From Pocillopora damicornis (taxonomy: Eukaryota): a DNA stretch of 64,000 nucleotides. The stretch lies in contig NW_020847208.1 of assembly GCF_003704095.1 (NCBI RefSeq), positions 248,001 through 312,000 on the forward strand, given 5' to 3'. Shown here piece after piece: positions 1-11,312 of the stretch. A model generated the notes under the pieces. That model was not told the origin of the DNA. It worked only from the letters and a program-made list of their open reading frames with translations, and made no database searches. How positions within the stretch are numbered: the first letter of the stretch is position 1; each line of letters starts with the position of its first letter. The position numbers and the translations under genes were made by a program.

Positions 1-381
1 TTTTCGACTTAATCGAATACACCGACAAACAAACGCTTGATATGAAGCTTCCTTCACTTCTGAAATATGATTCTTCCGGGAACTTTCTGGGTAGGGGACT
101 GCAAACTGTTAAGAAAAATGTTTATGACGTTAGTGCACGACCGGGAGGACATCAAGTACTTGTGATCATCGCGGCAGGAAGCTCACAGGATGATGTGAAA
201 GCACCTTCGCGCGACTTGAGAGACGAGGGTGTCAGGATTTTCTGCGTAGGAATTGGTAATAACGTAGATGTTAATCAACTTCAAAATGTTGTAACAGCTC
301 CTGAAAGGGAACATTTAGCTACGGTGAGTTCAGATAAGCTGGATACACTGCTGGGACCTGTGGTGCAGAATATCAGAAAAG
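1..381 (+). CDS. Gene A exon, vWA domain (partial)
   Basis: Frame open from position 3; VLVIIAAGSSQDDVKAPSRDLRDEGVRIFCVGIG; donor G|gtaaga at 381/382. Confidence 0.85.
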
Positions 382-3300
382 GTAAGAACAAATTTGACTT
401 TTAGTCGTGTGGGAGGATTCCACTTTTCAAAATAGTTCCTATTTCGTCCCAAACTGAATCAACGTGCTCCGGACTTTGTTTTCTGTTCTCACCTCTTTGA
501 GTTGACCCATTGATTAATTGTGGTTATGTTTTTAAAATCCCAGATATCACAGAAACTGTGGTTCCATTAAGACTTGCTGGTAAGTAATTTTTTTTTTGTT
601 TTTGTTTTCTTGATTGATAGATTTTGATAGTGAAGTAGAAGATGAAAGAGGAAAAATTATAAATGATGAGGGAAAGAGTCAAGGCCAGATTTCGGCAGTA
701 AATTGTTTGAATGCAAGGGTTTTAGGGGTGATCTTTGGAGTATTGTGATTGTTTTCCATCTTAGTTTTAATTTACTAATATAACTTACTTTTCTTTCTCT
801 TACTTTTCCTTTTTATTTTCAGACGTCAAAATGGATCTGGGTTTCTTGTTGGATGTCAATTCCAACAACTTCAGGCGTGATGAATTTAGTAACGTTTTAA
901 ACTCGATAAAATCAACATATGCGCCGTTTGTTATTGGTGACGAAAAGACACGGATCGGTCTTCTGGCGTACGACGAGCACATTCACACAATGATTGCCAT
1001 GGGTCAGTATTCTTCACAACAGTCACTCGACATTGCGCTGGATAAGGTAGTAACGTCCACAACATCAGGAGACAATCTCCTCGGACGAGGTCTAGCTGCT
1101 GTAAAAAGTCAGCTGTTTTATGGTAAACCTCGTCCGGAAGTTCCCAAAATACTTGTGGTCATTTCGGGAGGAAAGTCTAAAGATGACGTATTGAGCCCAT
1201 CAAAAGAGCTGAAAGGACTTAATGTAACGATATTTTGTATCGGAGTTGGACAGAATGTAGACAGAAGCGAACTTGAAGCCATAGCAACTCTACCAGCAGT
1301 GAGTCACGTAGTAATGGCAACTATATCACACCGAGAAACTGCTGGAGGAAATCTAGCGTCGAGGATTGAAAAAGGTAAAAACAAAAACAAAAAAACAGTT
1401 TCCCCCTTGTGGCTTGTAGTAGCCTCAGATTTTTTAGGCATGATCCCCAAAATAACAAGGTTCCTTTCAATTATCGCCTAGTAATAGACAAACTGACCCT
1501 TCACATTACCCTGCTTTCTATTGCAACGATGAAGCATCAAAAATTGTTCCTTAAAGAATGATTTAATTCCTTACTCATTAAGCGCTGATTGGTGTCATGG
1601 GATATCAGGAGCACAATAAGGGAGTAACGATGACGCATCCAATAGAACACTCTGCTCTGATTGTCAAAACTAGGTTTCGCTCTATGACTATGGCGTCATT
1701 TGCAAGTTCATTTTACTTCAATAGATTAAGAGAGACGTAAAGTTTTGAGCTCGATAAAGAAATATAGAGAGATTTTTTTCGTCTCGTCACGAGCGTGGGA
1801 CAAGTAAACATTTCTAAGTCCCCATAAGAATCCATTCCACGCTCCGATGCTTTACCACTGAGCCACAGAGACTCGACGGCGAGCGAGGTCTATTACGGAG
1901 TTTATAAGACGCACGTCCTGCATATTGCTAAGATCAGCAATGTGGATAGCATAATTTTGTGAATAGAATTATAAAGATGGTAAGTTTTGAGCCAAGTAAA
2001 GAAATAGAGGAAGATGTTTTTCGTTTTGTCACGAGTCTTGTCGCGCACCGTAGAGTCTCTGTAGCTCAGTGGTAGAGCGTCGGAAGGCGGAATTTGAAGG
2101 TTTGAGGTTCGACTCAGAATTTTTTCTTTGTCCCACGCTCGTGACAAGACGAAAAACATCTTTATCTATTCTTTTATTTTTTTAGCATCGTCATTACTAA
2201 GAGTGTTTTTTTCACCAACGTTCTCGACTTTTCTTCAAGAAGCAATTAAAAGTCTAACTGGATCCACTCTTTAGCCACGTCTCTTCTCTGGGATGAAGTG
2301 TGGGTATTTGTTTTGTTTCCAGCTATCCAGGTTGATCTGGGCGTCCTTTTCGACGGATCATCAACTTTTCTCTGCTTTTCTGCAAGAAGCACATAACGTT
2401 TCACTGGATCCACTCTTTAGCCGTGTCTCTTTTCTGGGATGAAGTATGGGTATTTTTTTTCTTTACAGCTATCCAGGTTGATCTGGGATTCCTTGTTGAA
2501 GGATCATCAAATGTAATGGAAACTGAATTCTTTCAATGCATGGAAACGGTGAAGTATATCTATAGTGCCTTTCCCGTTTCACAAGAAAATGTTCATGTTG
2601 GTCTTGGTGTCATTTCAAGTAATCCAGAGATAATATTCGGCTTTGACAAGTATTTTGATAAGATTAGCCTCAACTCCGCCATAGACAGTGTCAAGTATTC
2701 TGGAGCTCAGCAGGTGGCGAACGTTGGACTCAGTCTTATCACGGCTAGGGATACATTTTACAGTAAGAGTACCAGGAAAGGAGTTAGACGAGTTCTTGTT
2801 TTAATGATTAAAAGTAAATCCAATGACGAGATCTCCGACCCTGCACGAAAGCTGCGGGACGATGGAGTAGAGATATATGGCTTTGACTTTGGAGACAGAG
2901 TAGAAGTACAAGAAATTGCAGAAATAGCGACAACGCCAACGAATAAACACGTAGTGATAAACGGCATTGGTACCTTTTTAGCTGGTGCACAGAATCTTAT
3001 TGGGAAGCTGGGTATTGCGAAAGTGGAATCAGGTAAGTTTTTAAGAGGTTAACTTACACATGTAAAGAAGTTATTTACTAATATTCGTCAAAGTGTCATT
3101 ACTGTTTTAGAGTAACTACTTTAAACATCGCTTCCACCTCGTTTTCTTAGTCTGAGAACCCGAGAACGAGTTTGTTACGCCTTCCGTTTGCGATCAAAGT
3201 AAATGACTCAGATGGGTATGTATTTTTGAGAGGGGTTTCCTTGGACCTTAATTATAGTGTTTAAATGTTGTATCCTTATTTTCATTGAACAGTCAATTTT

Positions 3301-6300
3301 TGCTTTCTATCACAGCGCAAAGGCAAACTCCCACACTGCGGATGACCCCACATGGAAAAGGAAGTAATGTTCTTTATTTGTCGAACTGGAAAATATATTT
3401 TACATGGAAACTGTAGCGTTTTTTTATGCATCGTTATGAGAAAATTAGAAATATATATCTTAAGGAGTTCAGTTTACATTGCTTTCTCTCCCTCCTCGCC
3501 TTCCTGGTTAATTTTCACGGGTACAAACATCTGAGAAAGAATTGTGAAGGAATTAGGCGTGAAAGATGTTAGCTTTACGCAAGTTTCTCAAGCTTAAATG
3601 TACATATTACATTTAAATGATAGAAAATCGCTGTGGAAAGTGATCACATTTAGAACATAAGTATTTTATGATGACATACATATGGATAAAATGTGAATAA
3701 ATTGATTAAAGTCTTTTATCTTATAGATGCTATTGATCTGGTCATTCTGATTGATGGAAGTGCCAACACTAAACTTGAGGATTTCAACCAAATAAAAGAA
3801 ATTACTAAAGCTATCTATAACAAATTCGGCGTGTCTCTTAATGGAACTCATGTTGCAGTGGTCGTATATTCTGAAGTGACACAGATCGTTTTCAATTTGA
3901 AGAAGCATTACGATCCCCAAGGTATGGACAACGATATAAACACTGCTCCTTACCTCTCTGGACTAGGTATGATGGGGAGTGCTCTAAGAGACGTGAAAAC
4001 GCACATATTTGATGTTTATTCTCGACCAAATGTTCCTAAAGTGTTGATATCTGTATTGACGGGAGCGCCTGCAGACGAAATTGAAAGATACATCAACGAG
4101 TTGAAAATGTCTTGCGTCTTGTTATTTGCTTTGGGACTCACTTCCAATTACAGTCCCCAGATTTTGGATCTTGCATCCAGTGAGCCTCATTTTGAATATG
4201 TACTAACCAGCGAAACTTTTCCAGTAGCTAATTCAGTGGCACAGAAAATGGCTGCCAAAATAAAGAAGGGTAAGTTTCTCATTAGGCCAAGTTTCCAGCC
4301 GTGTGTTTCGGTACAAAGGAATGCGAGCGGGCCAGACGCTAACAGCTAGAAACTGAACTTGGCTTCGAAACACGTGGCTTCTTATTGGCTAAATAAGTGA
4401 AAACTGATCTGCTTTTAATGTATTAAAAATATATAAAGTTATGGCTTTTCTTTTGTATTTAAAATTCTTTAACGATTTTCTTGACATGGTGATGACCTAT
4501 GAAAAAAGTAATAGTCAAAACGATGTGACTGCCAAGGTCACGTGTTAAAATAAGTGGTACATGAGTCAGTATTGCCGCAAAACGTTATTGTTGCCCAGTA
4601 CTTACGTTGATTACATTTGAACTTGCTTGAAATTTTTATTTTCTTAAATCTTATAATAGGAAATAGGCGGGAATGCATCTATTTCAATGACCAACCCTTA
4701 ACATCAAAAGCCGTAAAAATAGCGTTTCATCTACAGTAGCTTAAAAATGTCAATGCCGAGAATGTATTAGTAGTCAAAAGCGAAGAGCTTTCATATCAAC
4801 AACTACGTTGCCTCCACAGTTGTCTCGATACAAAAGGCCCGCTCTGAACTTTGTGTGCAGCCGGGAGGTGAGTGCAATAATTTGAACACGACTGAACAAA
4901 CCAATAATCAAACAAGACAAGACATACATGTGCTGCCGTGTGCAACGCACCATTTTCCTAACATCGAACACCTTTTCAATAGTTTATGAATCTCATTTGT
5001 TTTCAGATTCAAGACTGGATTTTGTGCTCTTAATAGGCAACTGTGGGAATAACTCCAAAGAATATTTTCCTCGACGTTTGGATTTCGCAAGAAATTTAAT
5101 GCACTCTTTGACGGTGAATCCTCGAAGCGTACGCACTGCTCTCATATCAGTTTCTAATGGAGCTGAAATAGTTCAAGGTTTGAAAGCACAACCATACAAC
5201 CCCGTCGCAGTGTCTTCGGCTTCTCACTTGTCTGGCGGACTCTGTACTTTTGGGCAAGGAATGGAAATAGCGCTTGCTTTGTTTAGGAACAGCGGAATAA
5301 GGGGTATTCCCCAAGTGCTGATCACTTTGTTGGATGGGAAATCTGATGATGATGTTTCGAAGCCTGCAATTGAGATTAGCAAAGCAGGTGTCCTAATGTA
5401 TGCAGTTGGGTCCAAGAACAAAGTCAGTGAATTCGTTGCCTCCAACATTACCAGTGACCCCACTAAAGAATTTTTTATACCAGATCCAGGCATTCTACCT
5501 ATTGAAACAATGAAGCAGGCAGTTGTGGACAAACTAGAAAGAGGTTTGATAAATGGAGCGTTTTATTTTCAGCCACCCAATTTAATCAATATACCAGAAT
5601 TTTTGCCAATTCTTAATTCACGACAAATCAAAAGTTATGGTCCAGCATATTAGAAAATAAAAAGGGGAAAACGCAATCAAGGGTATGGTGGACAATTCTA
5701 GGCATAGCAACTACAACGCGGCTATTCTGAGTTAATTAAGAAAGCCCAAAGTAGCATATCAATCGACAAAATGTTAATAACCTCTTGCAAAAAACTTAAG
5801 CTTTCATACTCAGTGCCAACCATGCCCTTTTGTAGATGATAGGTCTACAAGGGTTAGAAGCATATTCTAAGAAATCGAGCAGCTGAATTCTTTGGGTAAT
5901 CAAATCCTGAGCTGATAAAAATCGCCTTTTGAAAACATATTGTAGGTTTGCAACGACGTGACTTGTTCGTTCATTTTTAAAATTTTAAATACGATTTTGG
6001 CATGCAATTGCCTTTGGTAGAAGTTCAGGTGCAAATCAGCCTTTGGTAGGCTTTTGTAGCATTTCGAATAGAAAACCAATAAAACCAACGAGTGTACGTT
6101 TCGCCGCTAATATTACAGTTCTATAATTTTTTAGCTAAAGCAACTAAATGTCGCAAGAATAAGCATTCTGCGCGGTGATGATAAGAACACAACGTCTAAG
6201 AATTAAGATTTTCGTTTTCTTTGTTTATTGAAGATATTGAAATTGGAAAAAGACTTGTTTGTCCTGTGAGAGAATGTAGTAATAATGGTAAGTTTGCCTT

Positions 6301-9300
6301 CTGATGATTTTACGCGTACTTTCAGAGTGGGTGTTTTTGTTTGAGTTATACGATGTGGTACCTTATTCACCTTGAAAATTAGATTTACACACATAGAGGG
6401 TTTAATAATTTCCCCGTTCATCTTCTGCGTTTAACTTCTCAATGTCCCTCTTGTTTGCTTTGTATTCTCCAGCAGAATATTCAGAGATTTCAATCGCGAG
6501 TGCTTTTTAGTGGTTAATAAGGAAGTTTTACAGGCCCAATTCAAAATGCCGTGGAGAACCTCCTTATAAAAGTAAAATCGCAAACAAAATGAAGTATCGC
6601 TGTCTTTTTTGACAACATTACCCGGCACCTGCTATATGATAGAGCTTTGTTTATTTTGTTTTGTTTTTGTTCCGTTTCTTCTTTTTTTTTGTTTGTTGTA
6701 GCTTTTTTTGCACTTCTTTGTAGTTGTTGTTTCTTTTGGTGGAAAATTTTAAATTTTATTTTTTTGTTTATCAATCTACATCATCTTTATTCATAAATAG
6801 TTGGTCTTTTTTTGACGTATTCAAATAATTTTCACACTTTTGCCTTCTACTCTTTACAGAGACGAAGCCTTCATCAGAGTTAAAGCCACAACCTCAATCA
6901 CAAAACGCAACAAAATCTCGTCAACCCCTTGCAGCTAAGATAGGACCAGTTGATTTGGTTTTCTTAGTCGAAGGCAGTGATATGGTTAATGAGACATTGT
7001 TCAGGGTAATGCTCGACATTGTAAAAGACGTCTATAGTCGCTTTCCAGTCTCCTTGAATGAAACACACGTGGCCGTAGTCGTTTACGGCTCCAACACCCA
7101 AATCGTGTTCAATCTCAAAAACTACTTCAATGCTAGCGAAATGAACAAAGTTTTAGTGTCAATTCCAAAGCCCTATGGCGCTACTTTTTCGGGAAAAGCT
7201 CTGAAGGCTGTGAGAACGAAGGTTTTTTATGGAGCTGGAAGAACGAATGAATCTGGTGTATCGCGTGTTCTCCTACACATTACGTGTGGTAAGTCAGCTG
7301 ATGACGTAGTTGGGCCAGCTAAAGTTCTTAAAGAAGCAAAGGTCAAAATAGTTGCAGCCGGCGCATGTCCTGAGGCTAATAAAATGGAGCTTTGCAACAT
7401 TGGAAGTCCTCCGGTATGTAATAACTCTGTGCTTATCAATACACTCAAGCCACCGAATATTCCTGGGAAAGAGCTGGCCAGTAAACTGAAGCAAGGTTAG
7501 AGAAAAGTTAGAGATGAATTTTTGTGCTCTCCATATGTTATAGAAGACATTCTATTTACGTACGCTACAAAATTAAGTCTAGATAGATTGATCGACTCAT
7601 AATTGAGAACGTAAGCTAGTTCACGCAAAAGTGGTAGATAAGTAGAGATAGGGGTAATCAAATGGAACAAAAGCCCCAAACTGTGCCCAACCTATGACAT
7701 TTATGAAGACATATTGGCTGTTTGATAGCTTTTGATGCCGCACACACGTAAATTGAGATCAATAGCACTAGTGCGTGCAGCCGATCGAAAGGACTCTGAA
7801 TTTAATACTGTCTCTTTATCTATAGATATTCCTATTCAAAATACCACGGAAAAAAAGCCAGGTAAGACTACTTGAATTACGTNNNNNNNNNNCCCCCCCC
7901 CCCCCCCCCGCCAATAACCTTTTATTTCCTTTAACTCGTCATCAAGAAAAGTAACATTTAGATTCACTTTCAACATCACAGTGCTGGCTTTGCAACCTTA
8001 CTTTCGAAAAAAAACTGGAAATACTTCCTAATCTTTTGCATGCACTTGCAGGTCAAAATGTTTCTGAACCTTCAACTGGTGAGTATAAAAATCAAGAATC
8101 TAACTTGCCACTTTTTTGAAAAACAAAATTGAGTCAATTGGTCAAAATATTTTCAATGACAATGATAAACGTTGGGCCCAAAGGAGAGAACTTAGTATTG
8201 CGTCTTGTGTCGGTATTGGTTTTTTGTTTTGATCTTCCTTTTCTTGGACTTTAACGAAGAACGAAGCATGCATGTCATTTCATACATATTTCACCTTTTC
8301 ATTCTCTCGCTCGATTAAGGCTAAGTTATGACAGGAAGAGACTTCGAATTCCATTGACTTCTCGAATCTACATTAGGTACTCTTGTGCCAAACATGTTTT
8401 GGAATAATGGACCAAGTGAAGCCGTTCTTCCATTGGTTCCTTCTCTCGTCCCAGTTCATCCTCAAGCGCTTAGTCCAGCCCCTAACATTTGGAACTATGA
8501 AATACAAATGCAACGGAATCCTGTGCCCCCAGATCCATACACTCTTCCTGGCAGTTCCTATCAATACAGTAGTGAGTCATCCATTTGATGTTAAGCAGTT
8601 AAAGCACACGCAAGCACCGCGTCAGGGTAGTAACGCTCTCTTCCTCAGCACCGTTGAATTTCACCCAATTAAATAACAGTTACATAACCCTCTTGAAGGC
8701 AGTGCTCTCGTGGTATGCATTATTGCCCCAAGCTAGATATAAAGACGATGTATTTTGGCACGAAAAAACTAAATTTCTCATACCTTGTGAAGTCCGCTAC
8801 AGCTTCTTTCTAAATATTTTCAGTGAATGAGACTCACATATTTTGAACTGTAAAACTCAGTATTTCAAGAGTTCTAAATTTCCACGTGTTCGCGTTTTTT
8901 TACACCGTGAGGTAAGTGGAAACGCCAAAGTGATAGGCCACTGACCTTTTCAGTTTCTTTCTTGTGCGTTGAATTTTCTACTACAATTCATGAAATCGTC
9001 AGATTTGCCTGATGAAGTTTATTGCACTCGTTGTCGTTTAGCGCAATGTGAAGATTACGACCCCGCCTGTTCTGGATATACCGTCAACGGGTATTGTGAT
9101 GGAGATGCGATTGGTTTTAGTAATGACTACTTAATGAAGATGTGCCAAAAGAGTTGCAACTTATGCAAGACGTAAGTTACATGCCTTTGACTAAATCCAG
9201 TTTACACGATACCACACTCGCACTTTGTTTAAAGATTCTTTCAAGTTTTCTTTACACGGATTGATTTTTTCCACGCGATCAGATCTTATAATAGGCTTGT

Positions 9301-9716
9301 TGTGCAACCAAGACGTAAAAACAGTTTTTGAGTGATACCTGTCACATATGACTTCCCATAGCTAGCAATCTATGTGGCGTGAGTAACAAAAGTTGAACGT
9401 GATTATGTGGAAATGTTTAGTTGGCACAAGATTTAATTTCTTAATGTTAACGCCATGTGTAAAGTCAAATATAATAATTTGGCTATTTTGTTCTTTTTCG
9501 ATCACTGAGGAAATGCGTTTTTATCGCAACCTTTAATTTCTTAGAGAGCAAGATTATACATCAGGAGGAATATGGATAAAGAGGGATGAAATTCCAAAAC
9601 GAACTGATAATATAAAAAGGAAGAAGGCCGCAAATTCAGAAAATCCAAAAGAAAGAACTAAAAGAGGAAGAAGGAGAGAGAAGAAGAAGCAGGAAAATGT
9701 CAAACCAGTGACGTGA
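1..9716 (+). CDS. Gene A (5'-partial): multi-vWA protein with at least 6 vWA domains, Pro-rich linker, ShKT-like domain and basic tail (collagen VI/matrilin-like vWA array; no Gly-X-Y seen)
   Basis: Predicted exons: <1-381, 544-579, 823-1374, 2469-3032, 3316-3363 (weaker), 3727-4269, 5007-5543, 6860-7495, 7826-7861, 8052-8078, 8377-8571, 9042-9171, 9545-9716 (TGA). All are GT-AG and phase-compatible, about 1,285 codons in the window. vWA motifs include DLGFLLD/DLVFLVE and 'KSxDDVxxPxxxL'. Confidence 0.85.
823..1374 (+). CDS. Gene A exon, vWA domain
   Basis: Pyrimidine tract plus AG at 821-822; MDLGFLLDVNSN...; donor at 1375; 552 nt, phase 1-1. Confidence 0.9.
1723..2035 (-). mobile_element. 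tRNA-derived SINE-like repeat (one ~240-bp unit plus part of a second, in tandem)
   Basis: Reverse complement matches the + copy at 2043-2175; 'agttttgagc...aaagaaata' recurs at 1741 and 1983. Confidence 0.7.
2043..2175 (+). mobile_element. tRNA-derived SINE-like repeat, inverted relative to the upstream copies
   Basis: Pol III A box TAGCTCAGTGG (2062-2072) and B box GGTTCGACTC (2106-2115) followed by a non-tRNA tail. Confidence 0.7.
2219..2510 (+). repeat. ~146-bp direct tandem duplication spanning an intron/exon junction
   Basis: 'caagaagca...ctggatccactctttagcc...gggatgaagt...agctatccaggttgatctggg...ggatcatcaa' occurs twice. Confidence 0.9.
2469..3032 (+). CDS. Gene A exon, vWA domain
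   Basis: AIQVDLGFLVEGSSN...; 564 nt, phase 1-1; donor gtaagt. Confidence 0.9.
3727..4269 (+). CDS. Gene A exon, vWA domain
   Basis: AIDLVILIDGSAN...; 543 nt, phase 1-1; donor gtaagt. Confidence 0.9.
5007..5543 (+). CDS. Gene A exon, divergent vWA domain
   Basis: RLDFVLLIGNCG...VLITLLDGKSDDDVSKPA; 537 nt, phase 1-1. Confidence 0.85.
6860..7495 (+). CDS. Gene A exon, linker plus vWA domain
   Basis: GPVDLVFLVEGSD...; 636 nt, phase 1-1; donor gttaga. Confidence 0.88.
7883..7909. other. Assembly gap (10 N) adjoining a poly-C run
   Basis: N at 7883-7892 followed by a C homopolymer; the gap may hide small exons of gene A. Confidence 0.98.
9042..9171 (+). CDS. Gene A ShKT-like exon
   Basis: QCEDYDPACSGYTVNGYCDGDAIGFSNDYLMKMCQKSCNLCK; 130 nt; donor gtaagt. 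Confidence 0.9.
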
Positions 9717-11312
9717 TGTTCCCATACACTAAGCTACCTCCTCATAATGGAGACGGTTTTAGTCAAACCTGAATAACAGCTACATTGTGAGCTCTAAATT
9801 AAACCTTTTAAATATGGGGAAAGACAAATACACCGGTTATACTTATGAAGCCCTAAGTTACGACAAATACCCTTTCTAGGCGATCTTGGTACTGAATGAA
9901 CTTATTTTCAGATTTGTATTTTGACGTTAAATTGATCTATGATAATATTTTAGTTAAAATATATAATTCCCCTCGTAGCATCAGCGTTTTCTCAAATTTT
10001 CTTACATTATGAGAAAATTACCGAAATTCGTCGATGTGATGCGATCTTACGAGCGAGAGCATCCCGATGATTTTGCTGTGATGCTATATCAAATTTGAAC
10101 AAGTTTATCGACGTCATCATCAGAGTCAAATAAAACTCAACGGCAGATCCGTTCTTCGTAATTGCGTAACGCCCACATGACCCTCACTATCCCCCGCGCG
10201 TGTTTGTGGAAAAAATAAACGATTCCTGTATGTAGACCCGTGCGTGCATGGACAGAAATAGCCATCTGGAAAAAAAATTTTTTTCTGTAGTCTTTTCAGT
10301 AGTGTTCTAGTTTGCGCCCTTCGTTTTTAGGCAAGAAAGTCCTACTTAATTTTCAAAATTTAGTGGCCATATGATAATGTACATCATGACCCCAATCTAA
10401 ATGTTTTCCCGTCCTCCCCTCCCACTCAGTCAATAAGGACACGATCATGTTAAGAGAAGGATTTAAGTGGTTTACCGAGTGTCTCAACGAGTGTTACCCT
10501 TTGCAATCCATATTAACCAGTGCACAGATAAATCGTTCACCACACAACTCATGTAGACTAGATACAACTGACTTTACAAAGCTTATATGGCATAATCGAC
10601 CATAACCTGGCTTTAGTCCCTTTCTTTGAAACTACATTGAAGGAACACAGTGTAATAGCAATTTTAACGTCAATAGCTCGGTCAAGCTTTTCAAATTATG
10701 TATCTAACGTTTAAATATTATTTCACCCCTCAACCGTGTAATTAAAAGACGATATCAGTATTTTTGGTCTTACCACGAAATGCTTGATCCCAGAAGACCT
10801 GAGGACATTTTTTATCTAAATCGTCAGCTGCTTTATCTCATCTTCTCAGTTTGGTCCCAATCAATGTATGTCACATTGCCGGTTTCAGTACAACTCAGCA
10901 ACGTCAGAAGAGTTTTTCTTTGGGGCCGTGAGGTAATTTTGGTTATTGTTGAGTGACTTTACCCTCTTTGGCCGAACAAGCGATAAGTTTGAAGTTTTTT
11001 GACGACACTTTTGTTTTAAATGACCTGCGCTGGTGTTTAGACGCTGAAGACCTTTGCGACCTGATTTTTTATTTATTTCCATTTTAAGGTGGTCGTTTGT
11101 CCTAGAAAAAACACCACCAGCCACTTTTACCTCTGCTTTTCCGAAGTTGTATTTACGGCACTGGAAATACATCGCGAAGTTCAGTAACATGTGATATTTC
11201 CTGAAGACTGAAACATGCCACAGAGGAATGGGTAAAAGAACATTTACACTCTACAAAGACTTCTATTTAATGTGGCATTTTGTCAGAGAAACCTTCTCAA
11301 GTGGGTTTTACC

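Noticed and set aside
2058-2125. Possible tRNA gene
   Set aside because: It has A and B boxes but no complete acceptor or T-arm pairing, continues into a repeat tail and has diverged copies nearby, so it is SINE-like.
4284-4380. Short inverted repeats after a vWA exon
   Set aside because: Arms are about 14 bp with mismatches, too weak to call an element.
10885-11190. 101-aa basic ORF on the - strand upstream of gene B
   Set aside because: No recognisable domain and no compatible neighbouring exons; it cannot be supported without transcripts.
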